Shown here: positions 42,976 through 57,620 of the stretch, in pieces
Layout: every line of letters begins with the position of its first letter
How positions within the stretch are numbered: the first letter of the stretch is position 1
Assembly (NCBI RefSeq): GCF_009914755.1
Contig: NC_060926.1
DNA: 64,000 bases
Source: the human T2T-CHM13v2.0 reference genome, Homo sapiens
Strand: one strand, 5' to 3'
Notes under the pieces: generated by a model
Told to the model about the DNA's origin: nothing
What the model saw: the letters and a program-made list of their open reading frames with translations, nothing else
Database searches by the model: none
Position numbers and translations under genes: made by a program

Positions 42976-43441
42976 TATATATATATATATATATTTTTTT
43001 TTTATTATACTTTAAGTTCTAGGGTACACGTGGGCAACGTGCAGGTTTGTTACATAGGTATACATGTGCCTTGTTGGTGTGCTGCATCCATTAACTTGTC
43101 ATTTACATTAGGTATATCTCCTAATGCTATCCCTCCCCCTCCCCCCACCCCATGAGAGGCCCCAGTGTGATGTTCCCCTTTCTGTGTCCAAGTGTTCTCA
43201 TTGTTCAATTCCCACCTATAAGTGAGAACATGCGGTGTTTGGTTTTTTGTCCTTGCAATGGTTTGCTGAGAATGATGGTTTCCAGCTTCATCCATGTCCC
43301 TACAAAGGACATGAACTCATCCTTTTTTATGGCTGCATAGTATTCCATGGTGTATATGTGCCACATTTTCTTAATCCAGTTTATCATTGTTGGACATTTG
43401 GGTTGGTTCCAAGTCTTTGCTATTGTGAGTAGTGCTGCAAT
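42976..43441 (-). mobile_element. L1PA (PA4-6-like) 3' end
   Basis: Typical 3'UTR with T/(TA)n tail; TSD gatgg(t/c)atctt at 42965-42975 and 43442-43452. Confidence 0.94.
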
Positions 43442-43839
43442 GATGGCATCTTAAGCATGACAGATTTCCCACCATTCCAACTAGGATCAATACTCAGTAG
43501 CATGAAATAAATTGGCTAGCAGTTGAGTGAGAATTCTGCCTATTAGTTTGATTTAGGTATTGGTTGATTTGCATAGTTTTGCCATGATACTTTGTTTCAG
43601 TTCATTACTTGTGAGTGGATTCAATAGCAACCATCCCAAGGATTGTGTGAGGACCAGCTCATTGACATGAAGTTGAAACTGGAAAGATTTGAAAAGAAAG
43701 AGCAAGTGAATTGAAGGGGCTAAACTACATCTCTATGTTGGCTTTCTTCCTCTGTGGATATTCAGATAAAGCAATTTCATAGGCAGCACTTTTCTGAAAC
43801 AGAGAGTAAGTGAAGGAAATTGGCAATGTATATGGAAAA

Positions 43840-43980
43840 GAGACCAATATTTATCATGAGTTTACTTTATACCTAGTGTTTTTCAACTGGAATTCTTTTA
43901 ATTCTTACTGCAGATCACACAGTAGGTGACAAAACCTGGCTTCAAATCCATGTTTGAATCTGAAAGCCATTCTTTTTATC
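43840..43980 (-). mobile_element. MIR fragment
   Basis: agatcacacagtaggtgacaaaacctggcttcaaatcca...tctgaaagcc. Confidence 0.6.
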
Positions 43981-44209
43981 TTTCAATTACATCGTGGATG
44001 GTCAGTCTTCCATTAGCCTTTAGCTCTTTTCTTCCTCAAAACATTATGCCTGAGCCCATTCTTAAAGGTTTTTCTCCTCAGGAAATTCTTGTGTTCTCAA
44101 CCTGGAATACTGGTATATTATATTCATTGAATATAAGAGTTAATTGCATTTTAACTAAAAACCCAATAACAATGCAAAGAGATAAATTTCTAATGATGAA
44201 TTATGAGAT

Positions 44210-44440
44210 AATTTATTTACCTACTCATGCAACAATGAGCTATTCACCAAGCATCTATTATATGCCAAGTACACTGCTAAGTACTGAGAAAACAATAGTG
44301 AACAAAAAAATGACAGTTCTTGTTTCAAAGAGCATAGAGCTTCATAGGAACAAAGACACTGATCAAAGAACACATAAATTTATATTAAATTATGATTGCT
44401 AAGACTGATACAAAAAAAGTTAAAGGATGCTTATAATATT
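44210..44440 (-). mobile_element. L2 3' end
   Basis: agcatctattatatgccaagtacactgctaagtactgagaaaacaatagtgaacaa. Confidence 0.75.
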
Positions 44441-44446
44441 AGAGAC

Positions 44447-44860
44447 TTGGGTTGCAGGTTGGGTTCCCTGGAAGCAGACTTCTAAGATGAAAATTAATGC
44501 CTAGGATGTTTATCAGGGAGTATTGTTGAGATCCACACTAGTAGGAGGAAGAAGAAGAAACAACTGGGCTAAGGTGGAAGTTGGGTTGTGATGCAGGCTC
44601 CATGAAGGCCTCAGCTGACCTACTGGGAACCATGATACTTAGATGAGCCTTTAGAGTTGCCTCAAGTTGGAATGAGGGTCCAGGTCTTTATATTCCACAT
44701 CAGTTAGTCATTGGACTTCTGCTGGTTCAGAAGGGCAGTATTTTGATGACAGGGTAGAATGTATGGAAGTGGACACAACTCTTTCCTAAACATTTGGCTT
44801 AGGTAGGGAGGAGAAAGATAGAGAATGGCCGCTAGAGGGCAGTGTAGACCACAGTGAACT
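44447..44860 (-). mobile_element. LTR16-type ERVL solo LTR
   Basis: ttgcaggttgggttccctggaagcagact...ggcctcagctgacctactggg...agtcattgga. Confidence 0.8.
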
Positions 44861-45537
44861 TTTATTTTCAATAGAAGTATTTGAGGCATGGTTGTATTGA
44901 AGAAGAGAGGCTGCATGGAATATTACTGGGGGAGATGCTTCTAGGTAGGCATTTTAAACATATCTCACCATAAAACAATCTTTGTGTATATCCCACTTTG
45001 TTCTTGACCTGGGTATAAATAAGTATGGTACACATAGACTTAAAACTTTACACTCTTAAATATTGTACTTCCTACCTTTTTCAAGATATTTACTGGTAGA
45101 CCTACCTCAGTAAAGGAGGAAGATGAAGGTTAAACATGGTAGCATGAGTCATAGTCTGTATATGGGATAAAAGAGAAATGTATTTGGCATAGAATATTGG
45201 GAACAATCATTTTAGGATGTCGAATCGTTCTTCACAATCATACCAGAAGATGTGACTATTGATTAATCCAGAAATATAATTTTGTGCCTTTGCTGTAAGT
45301 ATTAGAAATTTATCTGGTATAATTTGAACCAGCAGGTATGACTAGTCCCAAAAAGAGGAGGTCTCAAGATGCAACAGCTACTGGGTATGGTGATAGGAAA
45401 TTACATCAGATATTAAGACTCAGGGTTAAGCTTATCAGTAATCTGGATGTATTTGGAATTGAAAGTAGGGAAATATGAATTTTAAACTTTATGACACTAA
45501 TATTCTAAACATGTCGCTGTACCATTTAATTATAAGG

Positions 45538-46079
45538 TGCATTAGTCAGAATTCTCTAAAGAGACAGAACCAATAGGACAGGTAAATATATGAAGGGGAG
45601 TTTATTAGGAGATTTGACTCACACGATCACAAGGTGAAGTCCCACAACAGGCTGCCTGCAAGTTGAGGGGACAGGAAGCCAGTCCGAGTCCCAAAACCTC
45701 AAAAGTAGGGAAGCTGATAGTGCAGCCTTCAGTCTGTGGCTGAAGGCCCAAGAGCCCTTGGCAAATCACTGGTGTAAGTCCAAGAGTCCAAAAGCTGAAG
45801 AATTTGGAGTTTGATGTTTGAGGGCAGGAAGCATCCAGCATGGGAGAAAAATGGAGGCCAGAAGACTTAGCCAGTCTTGTCCTTCCACGTTCCTCTGCCT
45901 GCTTTCATCCTAGCTGTGCTGGCAGCTGATTAGATGGTGCCCACTCAGATTCAGAGTGGGTTTGCCTCTCCTAGTCCACTGACTCAAATGTTAATCTACT
46001 TTGGCAACACCCTCACAGACACCCAGGAACAATACTTTGCATCCTTCAATCAAGTTGACACTCAATATTAACCATCACA
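45538..46079 (-). mobile_element. MLT2A (MLT2A2-like) ERVL solo LTR
   Basis: Minus start tgtgatggttaatattgagtgtcaact; end gagaattctgactaatgca; full length. Confidence 0.92.
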
Positions 46080-46159
46080 GGAGGAATTTGACTGTATCCA
46101 CTTTCTCTCTGGGTATTCTGTTGTTTTCACCAAAACATTCATGGAGAAGGGCCATAGTA

Positions 46160-47290
46160 TGTTTATTCATTCAACAATTTTTTTTTTTTCAATGTGTATT
46201 GTGAGATTGGCGCTGTGCTAGTAGCAGAACATAGGTTAGTAGGGGACAAAAGGATATAGAACTGTCTTGTGTGGGAATACAGACAATGGCATATAAAAGT
46301 ATCAAGCTGTACTGATTGCTACACATGCTTTAAAGTGAATTAAGTGCCATGGTAGAGAATAATAGAGCAGGAATGACATGGTAGGTGAAGGAACCCACTT
46401 TAGACACAGTGGTCAGAAAAGATTTTTCCAAGCAGTTGACTCTTATGCTAAGACCTCAGGGTGAGATTGAGCCAGCTACAGGAAGTGGAAAAAGCATCCC
46501 ACGGAGAGGGAACTGCATGCATGAAGACCCACAGGCAGGAGAGGCCTCGGAGGTAAAAGGAACTGAAGATGTCCAGGAAGACTTAAAAGATTGCAGAGTA
46601 AAGAAGGAGTCACATCACAAGAATCCACTGGGAGCCACATATCAGAAGCAGAAATTTTATTTTCAGTGCAATGGGAAGCCATCACAGGGTTTAAGAAGAA
46701 GGACCTCATGATCTGATCCACACATTAAAATGATCTTTCTGGCTGATTCGTGGAGAATAATTGTGGTAGCAGAAAGAATAGAAGCAATAGTCTATGTAAG
46801 AAATGATGATGGTATGGGAAGAGAAATGATTGGATTGAGTTATAGTTTGGAGGAAAAAAGTGGCAGAAAATATTAATCAATTGAGTGCGGGATGTTAATG
46901 GAGAGAAATAAATCCTGAATGACTCCCAGATTTCTAGATTGAGCACTTGGATGAACTACAACACAATTTACCGGAAAGGAAAAAACTTAGGAGAAAAAGA
47001 TTCGAGGAGAGATGGACTACTAAGTATTCAACTGTGGGCACGTTATGCTTCAGATACCTATAAGCCATCAAAGTGGATATTTCAGGTAGGTAATGGGACA
47101 TGTGTATGTTTAAAGATGAGAACAATGATCTGTGTGAGAAATAAATTTTGGAGTTGATGACACTTAAATGATATATAGTCAGAGTAAAGCATAAGATCAT
47201 TTAGAAAAGAAAATGACCAGGGGAAAAAATGAAAATCCATCACAGAGCTCTGAGGAACTCCAAAATTTAGATTTCAGGTGGATGAAATAG
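46160..47290 (-). mobile_element. L2 (about 1.1 kb of 3' region)
   Basis: ttcattcaacaa end, tgcaatgggaagccatcacagggttt, gatctttctggctg, gaatgactcccagatttct. Confidence 0.85.
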
Positions 47291-47369
47291 AGATCTTGGT
47301 GCTGAAGTGAGAATTATCCTGGTATGACAACATGATATCTGGTTACATTTTCAAAATGACAGGAATGCA

Positions 47370-48000
47370 AAATAACAGTTTCCATTTATGAAGCACTTAC
47401 TGTGGCAGCCGCTCCTCCAAGTGCTCTGCCTACATTGACATATTTTATCCTCACTACAATCTTATGTAGCAGGTACTACTGCTATCACCCTCATTATAGA
47501 GATGAGGAACCCAAAACCTAGAAAGAATAATTGCTATAGTCTGAATGTTTGCGTCCCTCCCTTGCATATTCTTGTGTTGAAATCCTAAAGCCCACGACAA
47601 TAGTATTAGGCCATAGGGGATTTGGGAGGTGATTAGGGTCATGAGGCAAAGCCTTCATGAATGGGATTAGTGCCTTTATAAAGAGAACCAACAGAGACCT
47701 CTCACCCACTTCCAGCATGTGAGGAAACAGCAAGAGGGCACTATCTATGAACAAGGAAGGGGCCCCTTACCAGACTCTGAATTTACTTGTACCTTGATCT
47801 TGAACTTCCCAGTCTGCAGAATTGAGAGAAATAAGTTTCTGTTGTTTATATGCCATGCAGTTTATAAGATTTTGTTGTAGTAACCTGAACAGGCTGAGAC
47901 AATGACTAACTTGCTTAAGGTTACAAATGGAGTCAAGATTTGGATGCAAGCAGCCAGGCTCTAGAGTCTGCTCATAATTATGTAACTATTTTGCCTCATA
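47370..48000 (-). mobile_element. MIR interrupted by MLT1A
   Basis: catttatgaagcacttac...agatgaggaacccaa before, aacttgcttaaggttaca...ggctctagagtc after the LTR. Confidence 0.82.
47532..47901 (+). mobile_element. MLT1A0-type MaLR solo LTR
   Basis: TGctatagtctgaatgtttg...gaacaggctgagaCA, full length. Confidence 0.9.
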
Positions 48001-48631
48001 AAATGCTCTTTACACATTGTATAGTATATTATCCCAGGTAGCATAGGTTTTGAAACCAGGCTAAATCTAAGGATGCGCATAACTAGTAGCATCTTGGCAT
48101 GGTTTGCTTTAAACAATTAGATAATTCACCGTAAGGGGAAAGAAAGCCAGAGTGCACAAGTATTAACCAAGGATAAAGTCTCATAATAGCATCTGTTTCT
48201 TGATAATTCTCTGACAAGTACAATGAATTCTGGTCCTAGTGATAGAAAGCTGCAAGCAAAAATGGGTTAGTGTTTCCATGCTCTCTCTCAGACAGTGGGA
48301 GCACGAGGCAAACTCTGCAACCAAGTGTAACACGGAAGTAGGTGTCTGTTCCTTCATTTCAGCTGAATCCACAGAGTGGTTTCTGGGTCTGGAGGGCTCA
48401 GGCATAGTGGCTGGGGCTTTCAGCCCTTGGATTCTTTGGGAATTTAGTGGTAGCAGATCAAGGAGACAGCGGCTTTGGTTATGGCAGCGTGTGTTCTACA
48501 GCAGCTTCATGGACTCTGTGTGAGCTTCGTATCATGTGGGAGAAACTTTATTGTGGATTTTCAGGTATCAGAAAGTTTAGAAGACATTCTGGGAGACAGA
48601 ATAAGGGATAGAAAAAATAATATAAACCATG

Positions 48632-49303
48632 TGTGTCAGCTACTAAGTTATTTTTTCTTGGCTCCACATTCACCCTTGTAAATTCACCTCGAGTTGCTGG
48701 AGAGCAACTCTGAAACCATGTCTGCTTCCAGCTGGGTCCATGTTAGGCTCTGCCAACAGGAGATACCAGAGGGAGACTTCAGAGCTGTAGGAGAAAAGAG
48801 ATTTTCTCGTTCATCTTTGCTTCCTGTGAACTTCCTGTCTGCTTGCTGTTCTTGGGGGTGTCACTTCAGCCTTACTTTTTTTTGCCCCAGCTACAGCAGC
48901 ACCTTCCTATAGAAGCAGCTGAACCCAGATTGAAGTTTCCAGCACCTGAAGAAAAAGCTTCTTTGTCTTGTTCTTAAAAATCTGGGTCTAAGTTCTATGG
49001 TGCCCTCCTCCAAGCTCAGAGACACCAGCAGGCCAGCAGTCTTTCCTCAAATGGCTGAGTTTCAGCTTCACAGGATCCCTTGTAGGTTTTAATACTTCCA
49101 ATCTCTTCCTTTTGTTCCCTGGCTTTTGGAGTGATAGCTGCCTCTTGCAGGTACTATTCTCATTATACTTTAGAGATCTCTTTTTATTCTTTGATTTTTC
49201 TAGTTATCAACTACTTATCTAGTTAAGGCATCTTTGTATTAAATTTTCCCTGTTCAAATAACTGATGTGGTTTCTGTCTCTTGCCTGGGCCCTGATGGAT
49301 ACA
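48632..49303 (+). mobile_element. LTR41-like ERVL solo LTR
   Basis: TGtgtcagctactaa...gttaggctctgccaacagg...attaaattttccctgttcaaataactgatgtggtttctgtctc...ggataCA. Confidence 0.78.
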
Positions 49304-49384
49304 TCATGTGTGTTGATGAGAATGCATTAAACCCACGGACAGGAAGGATACTGCCAGAAATGGTTGTGAAAAGAATTTACCTGC

Positions 49385-49735
49385 CATCTGGTCCTCTCCA
49401 TAACATGACTATTTGCTTTCCTAAGGCTGTCAGGAGAATCTCTGTGGGTTCAAAGCTCTTTCTTCCAGAAGGGTCCAGTCCCTTTTATGGGATCACCTGG
49501 TTAGGTCAGGTTTACCTAGGATAATCTCCCTTTTGATTAACTCAATGTTGATTTACTTGGCACTTTACTTAAATCTGCAAAATCCCTTCAGCTTTGTCAG
49601 CTAATTTAACCTAATCATGGGAGTAAGATCCCTCATATTCACGGACCTACTCATATTCAGGGAGAGAAGATTATACAGAGCATGTGCAATGGGGGTGGGA
49701 ATCTTGAGATCTACCTTACGATTCTGCCTACCAGA
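49385..49735 (-). mobile_element. MLT1E/F-like MaLR LTR, partial
   Basis: Minus start tggtaggcagaat...aagattcccaccccc; aggataatctcccttttgattaactca. Confidence 0.8.
49607..49617 (+). promoter_or_regulatory. DUX4-type double-homeodomain motif TAACCTAATCA
   Basis: Exact match to TAAYYYAATCA inside a MaLR LTR; function not shown. Confidence 0.4.
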
Positions 49736-50749
49736 AAGACGGTAATTACCTACCAAGGTGAGTTGGCTTCAACCTCCTGAATCCTGAACATACTTGGGAT
49801 CATCTGGGCATGGTTAATTTGTATGTTTCTCATTTAAGTATGTAGATTGGAAGCTACTTCAATCTAAGTGATCTCATTTACCCTTCCTCCAGAGTAGACC
49901 ACAGCTGCTCTAGAACTGAATCGCGAGAGCACATGCTGAGTGAGTTGATTTGGCAATGGACGCATACTCCATTCTATCTGAACGCTAGTTGAAATGGTTT
50001 TTGCAATGGCATTGCTAAGCTGAGTTGAAACTAAAATGTTGCAGCTTGTGGAAATCCCAGAGGTGGCAGAAGCTCAGAGTGAATGATTACCTGAAAAGCC
50101 AGCATAACCTTTTGCAACATACATAAGTTCACAATATAGATTCATTATAATTTTTCGTCCAAAGTAATGCATATCTTCTATTACCATTATTAGTTTACTA
50201 ACTAGTACCTTTTATATAGCAAGTATGCAGCAGATATTTGTTAAACCAAATTGCCTTTTCAGAATGGTTGCTTATATGTATCTGAACCAGCACATACACA
50301 ATTAGAATTACCATGACCTTGAGCTCTCCCAAACTTGCTTTTAAACTATTAAAAGTATAAAAACATCAAATCGCTTTTGTCTAGATAATTATATTTCTGA
50401 CTAAAGTGACCACTGTACCTTTAGAAATCATGCTCATTTGTCAGTAGCAAGTACTGTAATTATTCACTGTATTGTTCACAAGAGTGAACAACTTGCTTTT
50501 TGTCATCCAAAGGCTAAACAAAATAAAATTACCCAATAGCTCTGCAGTGAGTTGCTGAAGGTATTTCATTCCCGTGGTGCTTATGAGTAATCCCATGCAT
50601 AGAAACAATACCAAAAAAGCATTCTTATCTTTTGAGACAACAATAATTTCCCATAGTTCTCAGGACTCATTTGGTCTTGCCACATTGTTTTCCAAAAAAC
50701 ATTGTTAGTTCCTTGGGTTATTAATAGGAGTTACTGACAAGAAGGTTTC

Positions 50750-51158
50750 TGTATTAGTTCATTCTTACACTGCTATAAAGAAATACCCGAGACTGGTTAA
50801 TTTATAAAGAAAAGAGGTTTAATTGGCTCATGGTTCCACAAGGTGTACAGGAAGCATGGCAGCATCTGCTTCTGGGGAGGCCTCAGGGAGTTTTACTCAT
50901 GACAGAAGGCAAAGCAGGATCAGGCATATTACATGGCAGGTGCAGGACTGGGGGTGGCGGAAGTACTAACACATTTTTAAACAACCAGATCTCGCGAGAA
51001 CTTTATCACTATATAGTACCAAGAAGGCAGTGGTGCTAAACCGTTCATGAGAACTCCACCCCCATGATCCAATCACCTCCCACCAGGCCCCGCCTCCAAC
51101 AGTAGGGAATTATGATTTGACATGAGATTTGGTGGGGACACAGATCCAAACCATACCA
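50750..51158 (-). mobile_element. MSTA/MSTB MaLR solo LTR
   Basis: tgtattagttcattcttacactgctataaagaaatacc...ggggacacagatccaaaccatacca; TSD gtttc/gttcc. Confidence 0.92.
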
Positions 51159-53139
51159 GTTCCTGTTGCATAGAATGTTGGGAAAGGTAGCATGCTTTGC
51201 ACTGAACCTACACCCCACCAAAGGATCACAATTTAAATTAGCAATTAAAAAACTCTAAGCCTTCATAAAAACAGGTATTTCTCAGCTAACTTGTCCATAG
51301 ACACTACTTTTACCCTCCTCAGTGGCTCTGTGGACATCTAATTGTAATCCAAGAAAATAAAGTTGCTGAAATACACTTTGAGGAATGCTAGATAGATTAG
51401 CAAGGCATTTAATAACAAGGGTTGTAATTATTTGTTCTAGGCAGAGTTCTTCTAATTGGGGTGGGTGAATTGGGAGAATAAACGTTGATTGAGCACTCGT
51501 TACAAATGGAACAGTGCACAACATCTCTTCTTAATGTTTAGCTGTTCCTAGAAGAGAGAGAATCTGAATCCTATTTTGCAAATGCAGATGCTGGGGTTCA
51601 AGAGAATAAAACGTCTACAGGCAGTCATGTAGCCTATCACATACAAGGTCTGGGCCCTTGGCACTACTTAACGTGCACTCTCATGTATAGAACCCTCAAA
51701 AACAAAATTGCTGACAGCACATTTTCACTTTTGTTATGAAAACATAGATTTCAAGAAAGGGCCCTGTAGAAGTTCTTGGAGAAAAATTAAGAGCCTATTC
51801 AAGTCTTCAAGTGAAGCTTTGAATATTGTAGGTTAGGCAGGGACACATCAATACTTTTATTAACTAGGGCCACTGAGGTTGAGAATGATGAGTGCTAGTT
51901 GAGCTGGATGTCAGACCAGAATACCGTCTGCCTTTTGAGATGAAATGACCACCTCCAGCTCCTAAAAAGAAACTGTTCCCAAGCTTTATTAATGTTCTGA
52001 CTCCATCATTTGGATCCTGACTGGGTATGTGCCGCCTTGTGAGATTTTGATTAAAATTGTGCCTTCTGGAATTTTCTCCTTAAAGAAAAGGTAAGTACTC
52101 AACCAATCTCTGAAACATGCGTCAGCAATAGTTGATAAATACTTTAAAGATTTTATTTCCCTGAGATATACTGTAAGCAGAACAATTTAGGGAAATAATT
52201 TCTTAGGGGAAAAAAACTTATAGCTAGTTTACTGAGGACTCTGACGTATAATGGTAGTCTATATTTTGAGGACTGTCTTCTCTGTATTATATTTTAGGCC
52301 TTTTTTTGGAAAAATTGCTCTTGTGCTATAACCTGCTGGAGTGATTTTGAATAATAGTGTTAAGAAAAGGCAGTTTGTTGAGGTTCAGGGTTTTATTTGT
52401 TTCAGTTAGTAGGGAGAGCAGTATTAATATGTATTACAATTGCACAGTAAGAAAAACAGGATGTGTTTATTTTTTCCATGGGTATGATATATGATGTGGT
52501 TTCAAATCTCAAATGTTACTCAATTTCATATATACGGGCATTTAATCAAGATGGACTTTAAAATATCACATATGATATTACCAATTACTGTTACCATGAA
52601 AGGTGAGGAAGATTTCTTTAGTTGAATTATTTATAACCAAAATGGCCCAGATACAGGCTTGCTGCATGCTTTCTCCAGGAAAATGCCTCAGTCACCTTGT
52701 CATTGAATGACTGAGCCTTATTTCCCCTGTATTTCATTGTACTCCAACCAGCTCAGCCAAGCACAAAAGTGCAACCCCACAGACAACAGTTCATTGCACT
52801 TGGCAAGTCTTCCCATTAAGCAGGAATGTTTACCGTATTTATATTTGTGTATGTACTGTACTCATAAACATGCAAGCTGTACTCATTTCTGTTATGATTT
52901 GTGGCTTCTAAAATCAATCAGTCACCTAGATAACAGGCTACCTGGTTTCTTCCCATGCTATGATGAGGTATGAGTATATCTGTCTATGTGTATAGCTCAA
53001 TGAGATTATTCTCATTTACTGCTACTCATTAGAATTCCTTAGCAATCTTAAAAAAGAACAAAAGCGGGATATTAACAGAACAATTACATCAGAATATCTG
53101 GCAGTGGGATGAGGGTATAATTATTTACTTACGTACTTG

Positions 53140-54404
53140 TTTTAGACTTTTTATTTTGGAATATCTTTAACATATATGTGGAAGTGAAAAAAATAAAATA
53201 ATGAATCTACAGGATGATGTAACCATTGCTCAGCATCGACAATGTCTGATTCATTGTTAGACTTGTTTTATATATAGCCAACCCCACTTTCACTAACCCT
53301 TCCTTTGGGCTATTTGGATAGAAGTCCTAGCTATGACTTCATCTGAAAAATATCTTAGTGTGGATGTATGTGTAGTTAAAAGAGGATAATTCATTGAAAA
53401 CTTGTAATACCATTAGGACACCAAAAGTTTAACTTACTTCTTTTGTATAATCAAATATCCTGTCAATGTTCGCACTTCCCAGATTGTCCCATATATTTAT
53501 AATTTGTTGGCTCAAATCAGAATTCAAAGAAGGTATATTTATTGAGATCGGTTAATGTGTTTCTCACATCTTTTAAAATCTATAGCCTACGTCTCCATCT
53601 CTTTTTCTTGCAAAAAAGAGAGTGAGTCATTTGTTTGCAGTTTTCCAAAGGGTTAGGAATAATTGAATTTCTGTTACATCATTTCATGTGTTCCTCTGTT
53701 CTCTTTATTTCCTGTAAATTGATAGTTAGAGCTAAAAGCTTGGTAGAATTTAAATTGGATCACTTTGGAAAGATTGTTTTGTAAATGTTATTGGGCACAC
53801 CCATCATTAGGCAAAATATTTCTGGTTGTTTCTCTTTTTGAGATATTAACAGCCTCTGATGATCAATGCCCAGACCCATTTTTGAATTAGTTTACAAAGT
53901 GATGCTATTCTAATTCAATTTTTCCTTTTACTTACTAGCTGCAATAGTTCATTCTATAATGAAGTTTTCCATCATCAACTATCTAATTACCCTGAGATTA
54001 TATAGTTTATACAGTAAAGAAAGGAAAACTCCTTGATTCTTTTCTCTTATTTGCTAGTTTTCAAATGAGACCACATACCAGTTTCTTCCAATGAGGTTTA
54101 AAATTTGATATGATGAATGCATGAATTCTTAAATATGTGATATATTTTAATACTTGCAAATATTTTTCTTATTTGTGCTTAAATTGTCTCAACAATGGCC
54201 AGGGTATCCTCTTCATTTTGGATTCTGAGCCCTTTGGACACAATCCTAATAGTCACTGCTTTCTTGCTTTCTGGTATGAAGGCTCATCTTAAACATTCCT
54301 AAAAACAGCCATTTCTCTAAGAAGCCCTAGTTCCTTTTATGAGGAAATGTAATTAGAGACACAGATCTGATAGCTTGACATGCTCATTGTTACTAGATTG
54401 CTCA
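53140..54404 (-). mobile_element. Old L1MC/ME 3'UTR (probably resumes near 55670-55835)
   Basis: ttttattttggaatatctttaacatat end; cagccatttctctaagaagccctagttccttt...atgctcattgttact. Confidence 0.72.
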
Positions 54405-55668
54405 TTTTAGAGCAGTTCACAGTAATATTGAGCAGAAGATACAGAGATTTCCCATGTACCTCCTTCCCCAACACGTGCACAGCCTCTCTTGTTACCAACA
54501 TTCTCCACCGGAGTAGTGCATTTGTTACAATCTATGAACCTACCTTGACACATCATTATCACCCAAAGTCCATAGTTTACATTAGGGTTCACTTTTGGCA
54601 TATAGTCTATAGGTTTGGACAAATGTATGATGACATTATCCACCATTATAGTATTATACAGCGTAGTTTCATTGCCCTAAAAATTCTCTGTGTTCTGCCT
54701 GTGTATCCATCTTCCCACTCAAACCCTGGCAACCACCAGTCTTTTAATTGGCTCTTTAGTTTTGACTTTTCAGAATGTCCTGAGGTTGGAATCCTACAGT
54801 ATGTAGTCTTTTCAGATTGGCTTTTTTTCACTTAGTAATACGCATTTAAGTTTCCTGTATATCTTTTCATGGCTTGATAGCTCTTTTCATTTTAGTATTG
54901 CATAATATTTTACCTTCTGGATATATTACAGTTTATTCACCTACTGAAGACATCTTGGTTGCTTCCAAGTTTTGACAATTATAAATCAAACTGCTATAAA
55001 CACTCATGTGCAGGTTTTTGTGTGGACATGTTTTCCACTCCTTTTGTTAAGTACCAAGGAGCTTGATTGCTAGATTCTATGGTAAGAATCTATTTAGTTT
55101 TGTAAGAAACTGCTAAGCTGTCCTCCAAAGTGGCTGTACCGTTTTGCATTCCTACCAGCAATGAATGAGTTTCTGTTGTTCCACATTCTTGCTGGCATGT
55201 GGTGGTGTTGTTTCTGGATGTTTACCATTCTAGTAGTTGTGTATTGGTATATCATTGTTGTTTTAATCTGCATTTCCCAGATGACCTATGACATGGAGCA
55301 TCTTTTCATATGCTTCTTTGTTTTCTGTATATCTTCTTTGATGAGGAGTCTGCTAAGGCCTTTGGCACATTTTTTAATCAAGTTGTTTGTTTTCTTACTG
55401 TTGAGGTTTAAGAGTTCTTTATATATTTTGAATAATAGTCCTTTATTAGATATATCTTTGCTTTTTACAAATATTTTCTCCCAACCCGTGGCTTACGTTT
55501 TCATTCTATGACGGTGTCTTTTGCTGAACAGAAGTTTTTAATTTTAATGAAGTCCAGCTTATTATTTCTTTGATAGTTCTTGCTCTTGGTATTGTATCTG
55601 AAATGTCATTGCCAAACCCAAGGCCACCTAGATTTTCTCCTATGTTATGGGATTTTTATAGTTTTGTG
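54405..55668 (-). mobile_element. L1MC1/2-like 3' portion
   Basis: agcagaagatacagagatttcccat...atttgttacaatctatgaacctaccttgacacatcattatcacccaaagtccatagtttacattagggttcac. Confidence 0.88.
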
Positions 55669-55834
55669 GAAAATAGAAACATATTTTAGAACTCAGGAAT
55701 ATGGTGTTTTTCTTTAATTTTATTACCCTTACTTGTGAATCTTCTTTCTTTCATGCCAAAAATGTCAGTTTCTAATTACATTAATAGAGGGACTCACTTA
55801 TTTGTCCCATATGGCACATCGAATTTTCTAAAAA

Positions 55835-56300
55835 TTGTCACAAAAGTGTTTCCAATCCTGTGTGTGCATCCAGAATCTTGTTGCTTCTGCTTCCGGATGT
55901 GGAGTCAGTTTTCTTCCCTTGAAATTGGATATGACTTTCTGTCTGCCTCAGTGAATAAAAAGAGACAAAAACAACATTGTATGATGTCTGCATGGTAGGC
56001 AGGAGGTGATTCAGCTTCTTTTGGACTTTCTCTCAGAATGCTTACTCTTGGAAATAGCCACATGTTTTAAGGAAGTCCAGGTTCCAGAGAGGTCACCTGC
56101 AGACATTCTGGCCAACAGTCCCACCTATGATCTCAGCTGACAGGATCAACCACCAGAGTTGTAAGTGAGGAAAATTTTAGATGAGTCCATTTCCTCAGGT
56201 GACATGGATTGGAACAGAAATAAGCTATTTCCACTAAGAGCTGCCCAAGTATTTTTTTCAAGAGCAAAATTAATGTCATTTTGTTGGTATTAAGTTACTC
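55835..56300 (+). mobile_element. MLT1G/H-like MaLR LTR
   Basis: gtggagtcagttttcttcccttgaa...ggccaacagtccca...ctcagctgacaggatcaaccaccaga. Confidence 0.72.
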
Positions 56301-56339
56301 ATGCTTTGTTGCTTTTAAGTATAGCCCTCTCTCTTACCT

Positions 56340-57620
<1,281 letters not shown>

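Noticed and set aside
43926-44402. 158-aa ORF
   Set aside because: Spans MIR and L2 remnants, GTG start, no recognisable motif or splice context.
48270-48620. Two plausible acceptors suggesting an exon
   Set aside because: Donors are weak and the segment may be a degraded LTR; neither call can be supported.
50472-50491. Small inverted repeat ttgttcac-aaga-gtgaacaa
   Set aside because: 8-bp arms are expected by chance in 64 kb of AT-rich DNA.
54380-54835. 151-aa ORF
   Set aside because: Antisense frame of an L1MC 3'UTR.
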